From the NCBI GenBank assembly GCA_963668645.2, contig CAXXWC010000019.1:384001-448000 (forward strand): 64,000 nucleotides of DNA, written 5' to 3'. Position 1 is the first letter of the stretch. Each line of letters starts with the position of its first letter. The notes beneath the pieces are model-generated. The model was not told where the DNA came from. It saw only the letters and a program-made list of their open reading frames with translations, and ran no database searches. The translations under genes were made by a program, and so were the position numbers. Of this stretch, positions 49,331 to 58,917 are shown piece after piece. The stretch is from Desulfobacterales bacterium (lineage in GTDB: Bacteria; Desulfobacterota; Desulfobacteria; Desulfobacterales; UBA2174).

Positions 49331-50107
49331 TTAAAGTTGCTTCAGGGCCGCTTCGGCCATCTGCGCCAGCTCCGACCGGGGAGCCAATTCTTCCACCCTG
49401 CCGAAGGCCTGGCGCGCATTGGCCCGGTCGCCCAGGGCCGCATAGGCACGCCCTCTTTCGAAATGAATCTCCGGCAGATCGGCCACCATGCCGGCGGCGG
49501 TATTCAGATATTCCAAAGCCTCGGCGGGCCGATGTTGATCGATCAGCAGGCGCCCGAGGCTGACGAGGGTGCGGATATAGGTGGCATCTTTAACGAACCC
49601 CCTGGCGTAGTGGTCCAGCGCGAGGCGGTAGTATTTTTCCGCCAACACCGGCTGCCCGCTTTTGTAATACGCCCAGGCGAGATTGGCGATGGCAAAGTGG
49701 GGCGTCGCATAGAGCAAATCCGTCTCGACGCGTTTGAGATGGGCGATGGCCTTTTCGTATTCGCCCTTTTTGATCAGCACCACCGCCAGATTATTGCGGG
49801 CCTGGGAAAAGTCGGGCCGGATGGCCACGGCCGCCTCATAATGCTGCCGGGCCAGTTCGAGCTTCTCCAATCCTTCGTAGGCCAACCCCAGCAAAAATTG
49901 AATCTGGTCGTCCCTGGGCCAGGTCTTTTCGGCATCCAGCAGCTCACCCAGAGCCGCCCTCGGCTTGCTGTCCAGGATAAAAGCCTCGGCCAGGCGGACT
50001 TTGGTTTCGCGGTTGCGCGGGTTGGCCGCCTGATCCAGGGCACAACCGGCAATGATCCAAACCATGCCCGCAGCGACGACCCATCTTGTCAAAGACGCGG
50101 TGCGCAT
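49331..50107 (-). CDS. TPR lipoprotein, probable secretin pilotin (PilF/PilW/Tgl-like)
   Basis: Lipobox IAGC, TPR repeats, ARNNLA, LLYATPH; convergent with pilQ. Confidence 0.8.
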   Translation of the reverse strand: MRTASLTRWVVAAGMVWIIAGCALDQAANPRNRETKVRLAEAFILDSKPRAALGELLDAEKTWPRDDQIQFLLGLAYEGLEKLELARQHYEAAVAIRPDFSQARNNLAVVLIKKGEYEKAIAHLKRVETDLLYATPHFAIANLAWAYYKSGQPVLAEKYYRLALDHYARGFVKDATYIRTLVSLGRLLIDQHRPAEALEYLNTAAGMVADLPEIHFERGRAYAALGDRANARQAFGRVEELAPRSELAQMAEAALKQL

Positions 50108-50152
50108 GCTTTTCCCCTCTGTGCCACCGGCCCGCTCGGGGCGCGGTTGGCT

Positions 50153-51655
50153 TCAAGTTGGCTGCAGATCCAGGGCCTCGGCGATTTCCTGGCAGGTGCG
50201 ATCCACGAAACGGGTAAAATCTTCACCGGACAACGGGTGACCCGGAGCAGGTACCCGCTCCAGGTCGGCGGGCCTAACCAGCGTGGGGCGGTTGATCAGT
50301 CCCGGATCCGGCACGATGCCGAACTCGGGCGGAAAGTTGTTGCTGAAATAAAGATCCTGAAATCCGCTGAACTTCAGGGCGTGGGCCGTGGAGTCAAGCA
50401 CCGCGGTTTCGCTCGCCCCCACGAATCCCTGGTCGCAGGCGGCCAAAAGCCCGGCCAGGCTTTCTCCGCCATGGGTGCAGGCCACATGCCCGTTGCGGTT
50501 GGCGGTCAGCTGCCAGTCCATGATGGACTGCTCGTTAACGGCCACGAAAAAGGTCCGCTGCCCCCCGGCCACCCGGTTGTACCGATCCACCAGATGCACG
50601 ACCCGCGGCATGGAGACCGGATTGCCGATCATAGCCGCCTGGGCCACGCTGGGTTGGACGGTGATCGGCACGAAGCGGCGCCGCGCCGGGTCCGGCTCCT
50701 GATAGTAGCGATAGACCGGATCGGCATGCAACGATTGAACGCCGACGATCTTTGGCAGGGCCTCGATAACCCCGATCTCGTAGAACTTGAGAAAACCGCG
50801 CATCACGGCCGTGATGTTGCCCGCATTGCCGATGGGAACTACCACAACCAGATTTCGAACGTCGTAATCGAAGTCCTGGGCGATTTCATAGGCGTAAGAT
50901 TCCTGGCCGAGGATGCGCCAGGCGTTCTTGCTGTTGAGCAGCGCCACGTTGTAGCGCTCCGAAAGGGCTTCGACCACCTTCATGCAGTCGTCGAAAACGC
51001 CCGGGATCTCGAACACGGCGGCGCCGCTGCCCAGGGGCTGACTCAGTTGCTGGGGAGTGACCTTGCCGTGGGGCAAGAGGACGGCCGATTTGATGTACGG
51101 CTGCAGGTAGGCGCCGTAAAGCGCCGCGGCCGCGGAGGTATCCCCGGTGGAAGCGCAGACGGCCAGCACCTGTTCGAGCTGGCCGCTTTGCACCAGGTGG
51201 TGAATATAGCTCAGGGCGCTGGCCATGCCCCGGTCCTTGAACGATGCGCTGGGATTCTGCCCGTCGTTTTTGAAAAAAAAGCGCATGCCCACCCGCTCCT
51301 GCAGCGGCCGGTTGGCCTCTACCACCGGCGTGTGCCCCTCGCCGAGATAGACCACCGCCTCTAGGGGGATCACAGGACCGATGAATTCATGGTAGCGATA
51401 GATGCCTTTGAGAGCCGGCAGGGTGAGCATCTTGCGGTAGTCGAAAAGCCGCCGCCAGGCCAGGCCGTCGACCTGCTTGAGCCGCGCGAAGTCTTCATCC
51501 TCCAGGAGCAGGACCTGGCCGCAAGCCGGACAAGTGTACAAAAGCCGCTCGATGCCGAAGCGCTCCTCGCAACCCAGACATCGGTAGACGAGACGGCCGC
51601 TGCACGCGGGCAGCAGGGGCAGGTCCAGATTTTCCGGAAAGTCCGTGACCTTCAT
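50153..51655 (-). CDS. thrC: Threonine synthase
   Basis: N-terminal CxxC..Cxx[41 protein letters not shown] overlap with serS. Confidence 0.93.
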   Translation of the reverse strand: MKVTDFPENLDLPLLPACSGRLVYRCLGCEERFGIERLLYTCPACGQVLLLEDEDFARLKQVDGLAWRRLFDYRKMLTLPALKGIYRYHEFIGPVIPLEAVVYLGEGHTPVVEANRPLQERVGMRFFFKNDGQNPSASFKDRGMASALSYIHHLVQSGQLEQVLAVCASTGDTSAAAALYGAYLQPYIKSAVLLPHGKVTPQQLSQPLGSGAAVFEIPGVFDDCMKVVEALSERYNVALLNSKNAWRILGQESYAYEIAQDFDYDVRNLVVVVPIGNAGNITAVMRGFLKFYEIGVIEALPKIVGVQSLHADPVYRYYQEPDPARRRFVPITVQPSVAQAAMIGNPVSMPRVVHLVDRYNRVAGGQRTFFVAVNEQSIMDWQLTANRNGHVACTHGGESLAGLLAACDQGFVGASETAVLDSTAHALKFSGFQDLYFSNNFPPEFGIVPDPGLINRPTLVRPADLERVPAPGHPLSGEDFTRFVDRTCQEIAEALDLQPT

Positions 51656-52926
51656 GGGACGATGACCTCCATACCACCCATGTAGGGACGCAGGGCCTCG
51701 GGGATGCGGATCGTGCCGTCGGCCTGTTGACAGTTTTCGCAGATGGCGGCAACGGTGCGGCCCACCGCCAGGCCGGAGCCATTGAGGGTATGCACCAGTT
51801 CGGTGCCCCGCTTTGCCTTGCGCCGAAAGCGCAGATCGGCTCGGCGGGCCTGAAAGTCTTCGAAGTTGCTGCAAGAGGAGATCTCCCGGTAGACTCCCTG
51901 GGCCGGCATCCAGACCTCGATATCGTATGTCTTGGCCGCCGAAAAGCCGAGATCTCCGGTGCACAGGGTGATCACCCGGTAGGGCAGATCGAGACGCTGC
52001 AGGATCGTTTCGGCGTCCGCCAATAACCGCTCCAGCTCATCATAGCTGGTTTCGGGAAGCACCAGCTTGACCAATTCGACCTTATTGAACTGATGTTGGC
52101 GGATCAGCCCCCGGGTATCTTTGCCGTAAGAGCCGGCCTCGGATCGAAAGCACGGGGTATGGGCCGTATAGCGCAAGGGCAGCTGCTCCTCGTCCAGGAT
52201 GCGGCCGGCATGAATATTGGTCACCGGCACTTCGGCGGTGGGAATCAGAAAATAGTCCCATCCTTCCAGCTTGAACAGGTCGGCTTCAAATTTGGGCAAC
52301 TGCCCGGTGCCGGTCATGGTGGTACGGTTGACGATAAACGGCGGCAGAACCTCCCGGTAGCCGTGCTCCAGGGTATGCACATCGAGCATGAAATTGATCA
52401 GGGCCCGTTCCAGACGCGCGCCGGCGCCAAAATAAAGGGGAAAACGCGCGCCGGCGATCCGGGCGGCGGTATCGAAATCGAAAATCCCCAGCCTGGTGCC
52501 CAGATCCCAATGGGCCTGGGGCGTGAAGTCGAAATCCGGCACCTCACCGACAACGCGTACCAGGGTGTTGGCACTTTCGTCGCGACCGACGGGAACACTG
52601 GAATGGGGAAGATTGGGGATATTGAACAGCATCTCGCGCAGCTGGCCGTCCGCTTCGGCCTGGGCCCCTTCGAGGCTCTTTATGGTCGTGGAGACCTCGC
52701 GCATTTCAGCCATCATCTCTTCGGCGGGTTGGCCGGACTTTTTCATCCGCGCGATTTCTTCACTGACCACGTTGCGTCGATGACGAAGGGCTTCGATGCG
52801 CTGCAAGTCCTCACGTCGTTTTGCATCCAGGGTTAAAAAGGATTCCAGATCGATGTCGGTTCCCCGATCGGCCAGGGCTTGGCGTACCCGATCGGGATTT
52901 TGAGTGATGGTCTTGATATCCAGCAT
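51652..52926 (-). CDS. serS: Serine-tRNA ligase
   Basis: [50 protein letters not shown]. Confidence 0.98.
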   Translation of the reverse strand: MLDIKTITQNPDRVRQALADRGTDIDLESFLTLDAKRREDLQRIEALRHRRNVVSEEIARMKKSGQPAEEMMAEMREVSTTIKSLEGAQAEADGQLREMLFNIPNLPHSSVPVGRDESANTLVRVVGEVPDFDFTPQAHWDLGTRLGIFDFDTAARIAGARFPLYFGAGARLERALINFMLDVHTLEHGYREVLPPFIVNRTTMTGTGQLPKFEADLFKLEGWDYFLIPTAEVPVTNIHAGRILDEEQLPLRYTAHTPCFRSEAGSYGKDTRGLIRQHQFNKVELVKLVLPETSYDELERLLADAETILQRLDLPYRVITLCTGDLGFSAAKTYDIEVWMPAQGVYREISSCSNFEDFQARRADLRFRRKAKRGTELVHTLNGSGLAVGRTVAAICENCQQADGTIRIPEALRPYMGGMEVIVP

Positions 52927-53025
52927 GACGATTCCTATTATAGAGGGCTGTGGATCCGCACAGGATCCTGAAAAAAGTAGCAGAGGCCAAGGCGGCCGGA
53001 AGGCAAGGCCTTGAAACGATTCGAA

Positions 53026-53096
53026 ACCTTAGTATGGACAACCCATTTAGTCAATGATTATTATAAGTTGACTTTGTTTGGGGGGTTACGTATAGT
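53026..53096. promoter_or_regulatory. Back-to-back divergent sigma70 promoters (serS; 5-FTHF cyclo-ligase operon)
   Basis: Plus: TTGACT(53068)-N17-TATAGT. Minus: TTGACT(53054)-N17-TAAGGT. Confidence 0.65.
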
Positions 53097-53155
53097 AATA
53101 TGCGTCTGCGTTGAAACGTAACAACAGCCACCGAAGCCCGCTCAGGAGGCGATTG

Positions 53156-53743
53156 ATGGAGGATTATACGACCGTTCATGCTGAACTTCGGCAGCAGGCG
53201 ATGGCGGCAATTAACCATTTGTCCAAAACGGAGCGCGATGAACGGACCCGGGCGATTGAAGCACGCCTGTTCGATTTTGCCAACTTTCTCGAAGCCCGTA
53301 TCGTAATGATGTACCTGCCCGCCGAAGGTGAAGTCGATACGCACAAAATGATTCAACGGGCCCTCGACTACAACAAGATCGTCGTTCTGCCGGCCTTCGA
53401 CCCCCAACGCAAAGACATCCGGCTTTTAAAGATTGACAATCTGGAGGCCGATCTGTGCAGCGACGAGGGGGGCCGGCTCGGCCCGGATCTCCGGCAATGC
53501 CGCAAGGTGCCGCTGGACGTAGTCGATATCGCCATCCTGCCCGCGGTAGCCCTGGACGAAAAGGGAGGCCGCATCGGGCGCGGTGAACGCTATTTTGACC
53601 GCCTGATTCCCAAATTGGCCGTCACCACCCGCAAGGTGGCGCTGGGTTTCGAAGAGCAACTCCTGCCCCAGATTCCCATGGAATCCCATGACAAGTTCGT
53701 GGACATCATTATTACCAATCAACGGACCATCTATAAAATCTGA
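53156..53743 (+). CDS. 5-formyltetrahydrofolate cyclo-ligase family protein
   Basis: EVDT, VVLP, ILPAVALDEKGGRIGRGERYFDR, ESHDKFVDIIIT. Confidence 0.9.
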   Translation: MEDYTTVHAELRQQAMAAINHLSKTERDERTRAIEARLFDFANFLEARIVMMYLPAEGEVDTHKMIQRALDYNKIVVLPAFDPQRKDIRLLKIDNLEADLCSDEGGRLGPDLRQCRKVPLDVVDIAILPAVALDEKGGRIGRGERYFDRLIPKLAVTTRKVALGFEEQLLPQIPMESHDKFVDIIITNQRTIYKI

Positions 53744-53787
53744 GCCCGATCAACAGGGATTGTCCGCCCCGACAACAGCATGGGATC

Positions 53788-54444
53788 ATGACCCAGGAAC
53801 CGGTTAAATTCAAAAGACAACGCGAAGAGATGGTCCGGTCGCAGCTTATGGCCCGTGGCATCAGTGACGTGGCGGTATTGGCGGCCATGGAAAGAGTGCC
53901 GCGGCACCGCTTCGTCAGCGAAGCCTTGATGGATCAGGCCTACGGCGACTTTCCCCTGCCCATCGGCGACCAGCAGACCATTTCCCAGCCGTTTATCGTG
54001 GCGCAGATGACTCAGGCCCTGGACCTGCAGCCATCGGACCGGGTGCTGGAAATCGGCACCGGTTCCGGCTACCAGGCCGCCATTTTGGCCAAGATCGTCG
54101 CCAAGGTATATACCGTCGAGCGCATTTACAATCTTTATCAGCGCTGCCGCAAACTCTTCGACACGCTGCGCTACCACAACATTGTCATGCGTTATGCCGA
54201 CGGCACCACCGGGTGGTCGGACGAAAGCCCTTTTGACGCCATCATCGTCACTGCCGGGTCTCCGGGCGTTCCGGAAGTTTTGCTCAGGCAGTTGGCCCGT
54301 GGCGGGCGCATGATTCTGCCGGTGGGCAACCAGTACACCCAGGAACTGGTCAAGCTGACGCTGACCCAGGAAGGTCTGGTGAAATCCCGCCTCGGCGGAT
54401 GCCGCTTCGTCAAACTGGTGGGCGAATACGGCTGGAAAGAGTAG
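53788..54444 (+). CDS. pcm: Protein-L-isoaspartate O-methyltransferase
   Basis: VPRHRFV, QTISQP, VLEIGTGSGYQAA, PFDAIIVTA, RFVKL. Confidence 0.96.
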   Translation: MTQEPVKFKRQREEMVRSQLMARGISDVAVLAAMERVPRHRFVSEALMDQAYGDFPLPIGDQQTISQPFIVAQMTQALDLQPSDRVLEIGTGSGYQAAILAKIVAKVYTVERIYNLYQRCRKLFDTLRYHNIVMRYADGTTGWSDESPFDAIIVTAGSPGVPEVLLRQLARGGRMILPVGNQYTQELVKLTLTQEGLVKSRLGGCRFVKLVGEYGWKE

Positions 54445-54447
54445 CCC

Positions 54448-55437
54448 ATGACCTGGAAAGAGGCTTTTTTCGCCAGTCCGGGGCCGGACAGCTTTCGCGC
54501 GGCGGGCATCCTGGGCCTCAAGGGCCTGCTGATGGGTACCGCCGACATCATTCCGGGTGTTTCGGGCGGCACCATCGCCCTGATCACCGGAATCTACCAG
54601 AATCTGCTCGAAGCCATCAAATCCGCTGATTTCAAGGTGCTGCGGCTCATTTTACGGGGCGAGTGGAAAATGGCCGTCGCGCGACTGCACCTGCGGTTTT
54701 TGCTGCCCCTGCTGCTGGGGATCGCCACCGCCCTTTTGACCCTAGCCCGCCTGATCAACTACCTGATACAAAATTATCCCACCGTTGTCTGGAGCCTTTT
54801 TCTAGGCTTGGTGGCCGCATCGGTGATGGTGGTGGCCACCAAAATCTCGCGCTGGAACGCGGCCGGCGGGGTCGCGGCGGCGGGCGGCTTCGGCCTGGCC
54901 TGGGTTCTGGTCCATCAGGTTCCCCTATCGACCCCCGAAACGTGGGGTTTTGTCTTTCTTTCGGGCATGGTGGCGATTTGCGCCATGATCCTGCCCGGCA
55001 TCAGCGGGGCTTTTATCCTTCTGATCCTGGGCAAGTACGCCTTTATCACCGGAACGTTGAAAAACCCATTGCTGCCGGCCAACATGATAATCATCGGCGT
55101 GTTCTGTGCAGGCTGCCTGGTGGGGGTCATGCTCTTTTCCCGGTTGCTGCACCGCCTGCTCGCCAGCCATTTCGATCCCACCATGGCCTTTTTGGCCGGT
55201 TTGATCGCCGGCGCCCTGCCCCGCCTGTGGCCCTGGCAGCAGGTCGTGGCAAGCCGTGTCATCGACGGCAAAATCCATGTCATCGCCACGCACAACGTAC
55301 TTCCGGCAGATATGGGCACCGCCTTTTGGGCCTTGATCCTCTTTCTTTTCGGCGCCGCCGCCGTACTGGTGATCGAGCGCGTCGCACACACCGGAATGCC
55401 GGCAACCCCTGATCCGCGCCGCCGAGCAGACCGTTAA
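54448..55437 (+). CDS. DUF368 family membrane protein
   Basis: MGTADIIPGVSGGTIALITGIY and AMILPGISGAFILLILGKY repeats. Confidence 0.9.
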   Translation: MTWKEAFFASPGPDSFRAAGILGLKGLLMGTADIIPGVSGGTIALITGIYQNLLEAIKSADFKVLRLILRGEWKMAVARLHLRFLLPLLLGIATALLTLARLINYLIQNYPTVVWSLFLGLVAASVMVVATKISRWNAAGGVAAAGGFGLAWVLVHQVPLSTPETWGFVFLSGMVAICAMILPGISGAFILLILGKYAFITGTLKNPLLPANMIIIGVFCAGCLVGVMLFSRLLHRLLASHFDPTMAFLAGLIAGALPRLWPWQQVVASRVIDGKIHVIATHNVLPADMGTAFWALILFLFGAAAVLVIERVAHTGMPATPDPRRRADR

Positions 55438-56342
55438 AAAAGTTCCCGGCCTTCGATGGCGGCGTGCAAAAACCGGCCAAAGGTCTGCCCCAGAGGAGAG
55501 GCGCTGCGCCGGCGATGGCGGATGAGAAAAAAGGACCGTTTCAGAGACACCCCTTCCACCGACAGGGCCTTCAAGGTGCCTTGGGCCAGTTCCTCGGCTA
55601 CGGCGATGGGCGAAAGGATCGAAACTCCGACGCCGCTTTTAATCCCCTGAATGACCGCAGCGGTATTGCCCAATTCGGCGACGATGTTCAACTGGCGCAA
55701 ACGGGTGCCGGCCTGATGCAAGCCGGCCTGGATGGTAGCCAGGGTCCCCGAGCCCTGTTCACGCACCACGAAGGGTTCGCCGGCCAACTCTTCGATGGTC
55801 ACCTGCCTGCGAGCGGCCCAGGAATGGCCGGCCGGCACGATCAGAAGCATCTCGTCTTCAAGCAGCGGCTCCTGAATTGCATTGCGATCATTGGTTTGGG
55901 CTCCGACGATGCCGATCTCCAGCTCGCCGCCGAGCACCTTCTCGATGATCTGGCGGCTGTCGGCGATTTGCAATGAGACCCGGATCTGCGGATGCTGGCG
56001 TGTGAATCGACCGATCACCGACGGCAGGATGTAGGTGCCGGGGATCGTGCTGCCGCCCACCAGCAGATGGCCGCAGATCGAGCCCTGGTGGGCGGCCATG
56101 GCCGCTTCTGTCTCATCGCGCAGAGCCATCAACCTCAGGCCGTAGCGGTAGAGGATCTCGCCGGCGCTTGTGGGCAGGGCCTCTTTGGCAAGACGGTCGA
56201 TAAGGCGGCAGTTGAAGTGCTGTTCAAGCGCCTGAATATGGCTGCTGATCGTCGGCTGGGAAAGGTGGATGGCACGCGCCGCCCGGGAAAAACTCTTATA
56301 CTCGATGACTTTGCAAAAAATCCGCAGCTGCCACAGGTCCAT
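55434..56342 (-). CDS. LysR-family regulator (CysL/selenium-associated type)
   Basis: SFSRAA..HLSQPTISSHI, GGSTIPGTYILP, REQGSGT. Confidence 0.9.
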   Translation of the reverse strand: MDLWQLRIFCKVIEYKSFSRAARAIHLSQPTISSHIQALEQHFNCRLIDRLAKEALPTSAGEILYRYGLRLMALRDETEAAMAAHQGSICGHLLVGGSTIPGTYILPSVIGRFTRQHPQIRVSLQIADSRQIIEKVLGGELEIGIVGAQTNDRNAIQEPLLEDEMLLIVPAGHSWAARRQVTIEELAGEPFVVREQGSGTLATIQAGLHQAGTRLRQLNIVAELGNTAAVIQGIKSGVGVSILSPIAVAEELAQGTLKALSVEGVSLKRSFFLIRHRRRSASPLGQTFGRFLHAAIEGRELF

Positions 56343-56377
56343 TGTGTGCCTCCATCTTCAGGTGGGCACGGCCCATT

Positions 56378-56875
56378 TTATTTTTTAGGCGGGCATTGGG
56401 CGAACTTTTCGGTAATACGCCGGTTCACCTCGGGCGGAACCATATCGGAGATATCGCCGCCGAATTTGGCCGCTTCCTTGATGATCGAACTGCTGGTAAA
56501 AATCCAGCGGAAACTGGTCATCAGAAAGACCGTTTGCACTTCACGGTTGAGCTTGCGATTCATCAGGGCCAGCTGAAATTCATACTCGAAATCGCTCACG
56601 GCCCTCATGCCCCGCAGAATCGCATGGGCACTGCGGTGATTGGCGTAGTCGACCAGCAGACCATCAAAAGAATCCACTTCAACGTTTTCGAAATCCGCCA
56701 GGGTCAGGCGCAGCATTTCGAGCCGCTCGGAGACGGTGAAAAGTGCCTTTTTACCGGGATTGTGCAGAACCGTGACGATAACACGATCGAAAATCTTCAG
56801 TCCACGTTCAATGATATCCAGATGTCCGTTGGTGATCGGGTCGAAGGATCCGGGGTAAATGGCGACATGCTGCAT
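56378..56875 (-). CDS. coaD: Phosphopantetheine adenylyltransferase
   Basis: YPGSFDPITNGHLDII, RGMRAVSDFEYE, SSS. Confidence 0.97.
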   Translation of the reverse strand: MQHVAIYPGSFDPITNGHLDIIERGLKIFDRVIVTVLHNPGKKALFTVSERLEMLRLTLADFENVEVDSFDGLLVDYANHRSAHAILRGMRAVSDFEYEFQLALMNRKLNREVQTVFLMTSFRWIFTSSSIIKEAAKFGGDISDMVPPEVNRRITEKFAQCPPKK

Positions 56876-56938
56876 CAGACGAAATACTCCTGGTTTCGAT
56901 TATTCGGGCAAAGTGGGTCCAAAAAAGAACGCGGCCCT

Positions 56939-57490
56939 TCATAACATGCGCTTCAAAAAGGAGACAAGGCTTTTCCCGTAGCGGCGCTGGTCAACAGCGC
57001 TCCAGGACGGCGCCAAAGGCGGCAGGGGCTCATGCAAAGCGTGTTCAAGGATGAGGACGGCCCGAGGCGGCAAGACCGCCGATCGGGTCCAGCAGGCCAG
57101 GGCCGGGGCCACCAGGCCCTGGGCGTAGGGCGGGTCCATGAAAGCCAAATTGCACGCCGGCAGACCGATCTGCGGACTCGGCTCACGGCAGGCATCCCAC
57201 CGCACCACCCTGGCCTGGCGGGAAAAATCGCAGGCATCTATGTTGCGCTGGATCAGGCTCACTGCCGCGGCGCTCTGATCGATAAACCAGGCGGCGCCAG
57301 CCCCCCGGCTCAGGGCTTCGATGCCCATAGCACCGGTTCCGGCAAACAGATCGAGAACCACCGCCTCGGCGGAAAGGGGGCCGAGAATATTGAAAATGGT
57401 TTCCCGGAGACGGTCGGTGGTGGGCCGGATCGACCGATTCAACGGGGTAAAAAGGCGCTTTCCGCGCCGCTGGCCGGCAATGATGCGCAA
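56939..57490 (-). CDS. rsmD: 16S rRNA m2G966 methyltransferase
   Basis: RIIAG, RPTTDRLRE, LDLFAGTGAMGIEALSRGA, DPPY. Confidence 0.95.
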   Translation of the reverse strand: MRIIAGQRRGKRLFTPLNRSIRPTTDRLRETIFNILGPLSAEAVVLDLFAGTGAMGIEALSRGAGAAWFIDQSAAAVSLIQRNIDACDFSRQARVVRWDACREPSPQIGLPACNLAFMDPPYAQGLVAPALACWTRSAVLPPRAVLILEHALHEPLPPLAPSWSAVDQRRYGKSLVSFLKRML

Positions 57491-57540
57491 CCGCGGTCCC
57501 TTTTTTAAGGCCTCTTCGGCCGCCCCTTCGAAATTCTTTT

Positions 57541-58767
57541 TCAGCCAGCTGCGGGTGCCCCCGGTGACAGCGGCGGCCGGCGCGATGCCGCAGCGCCGTT
57601 CATAGAGCCGCAGTAAGCGGTGGGGATGTCCTCCAGGGTGATGACATCCCGCTCGACAAGGATGTCGAGCCGCTCGACAAGGTTGCGCAATTCGCGCACA
57701 TTTCCCGGCCAGTTATGGCGGCAGAGGGCCTCCACGGCCTCGGGGGTGATCGACTTGGCCCGGCTGCCGTTCTGGGTGGCGATCTCCTGAAAGAAGATAT
57801 CCACCAGGACCGGGATATCTTCCAGCCGCCGGCGCAACGGCGCAATGTGTATCGGAATCACGTTCAATCGGTAATAGAGGTCCTCACGGAAACGGCCCGC
57901 CGCCATCGCCTGCTCGAGGTCCTTGTTGGATGAGGCGATCACCCGCACATCGACGGTCAGGGTGCGGCTCCCGCCGACGCGCTGAAATTGCATTTTTTCC
58001 AGAAACTCGAGTATCTTGCCCTGGGTCTTGAGACTCATGTCGCTGATTTCATCCAAAAAGAGGGTCCCGCCGTGGGCCATCTCGAAGCGGCCCCGTTTTT
58101 TGGGCGTACCGGCACCGAAAGCTTCTTTTTCGTGCCCGAACAACTCACTTTCGATCCGCTCCTCGGGAATGACGGCGCAATTGACCACCACCAGGGGCTG
58201 GTCGGCCCGCGGGCTCAAATGATGGATCGTGCGGGCCACCAGTTCCTTGCCGGTGCCGTTCTCACCGGTGATCAGCACCGAAGCGTCCTTGGGGGCGGCC
58301 GCAGCGATGATCTTGCGCAGCTCGCGGGTGGACGGGCTTTGACCGCTGATGGAATTTTTCTCGATGGTCTTTTTGCGCAAGTACCGGTTCTCTTCTTCGA
58401 GCCGCCTGAAATTCAACGCGTTGTTGATAGAGACAATCAGCTTCTCGATGGAAAGGGGCTTTTCAATCATATCGAAGGCCCCATGCTTGATCGCCGTGAC
58501 CGCCGTTTCAATGTTGCCGTGCCCCGTGATGATCACCACCGGCAAAAAAGGATGCTCTTTTTTGATCTCGCGCAGGGTCTCGATCCCGTCGATGCCGGGC
58601 ATCCAGATATCGAGGACCACCAGATCCGGAGCCTGGACCTCGATCTGCTTGAGCGCCTCGTAGCCGTTGGAAGCCGTAAGGACCTCGTAGCCTTCATCTC
58701 CCAGCAACCCCCCGAGGGATTGAAGAATGGACGGTTCGTCGTCGACGATCAGAATAGATGGAAACAT
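57541..58767 (-). CDS. NtrX-like response regulator (REC + AAA), atypical
   Basis: LDIWMP, GENGTGKE, LFLDEI, WPGNVREL; GAFTGA is replaced by EAFGAG and there is no C-terminal HTH. Confidence 0.88.
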   Translation of the reverse strand: MFPSILIVDDEPSILQSLGGLLGDEGYEVLTASNGYEALKQIEVQAPDLVVLDIWMPGIDGIETLREIKKEHPFLPVVIITGHGNIETAVTAIKHGAFDMIEKPLSIEKLIVSINNALNFRRLEEENRYLRKKTIEKNSISGQSPSTRELRKIIAAAAPKDASVLITGENGTGKELVARTIHHLSPRADQPLVVVNCAVIPEERIESELFGHEKEAFGAGTPKKRGRFEMAHGGTLFLDEISDMSLKTQGKILEFLEKMQFQRVGGSRTLTVDVRVIASSNKDLEQAMAAGRFREDLYYRLNVIPIHIAPLRRRLEDIPVLVDIFFQEIATQNGSRAKSITPEAVEALCRHNWPGNVRELRNLVERLDILVERDVITLEDIPTAYCGSMNGAAASRRPPLSPGAPAAG

Positions 58768-58917
58768 TTACAATCCTTGCCTAAAATTATTTCCTTGACG
58801 CTTATGCGAGCCCACCTTTGGACTTTCTTCACCGGTCTGAGCGGGCTTGCACCGTGCACTGCGGCCGGCCGCCACTGCCCCAGCCCGCAAGCGCTTCGCG
58901 CCCTCTTCCTATCCACC

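Noticed and set aside
52927..53155. 6S RNA upstream of the 5-FTHF cyclo-ligase gene
   Set aside because: The predicted promoter lies only ~60 nt before the start codon, and no long rod-like hairpin is visible; the AGTCAA/TTGACT IR is explained by two divergent -35 boxes.
55434..56342. Selenium/selenocysteine system suggested by the LysR type and nearby serS
   Set aside because: No sel genes, tRNA-Sec or convincing in-frame UGA read-through seen in the window.
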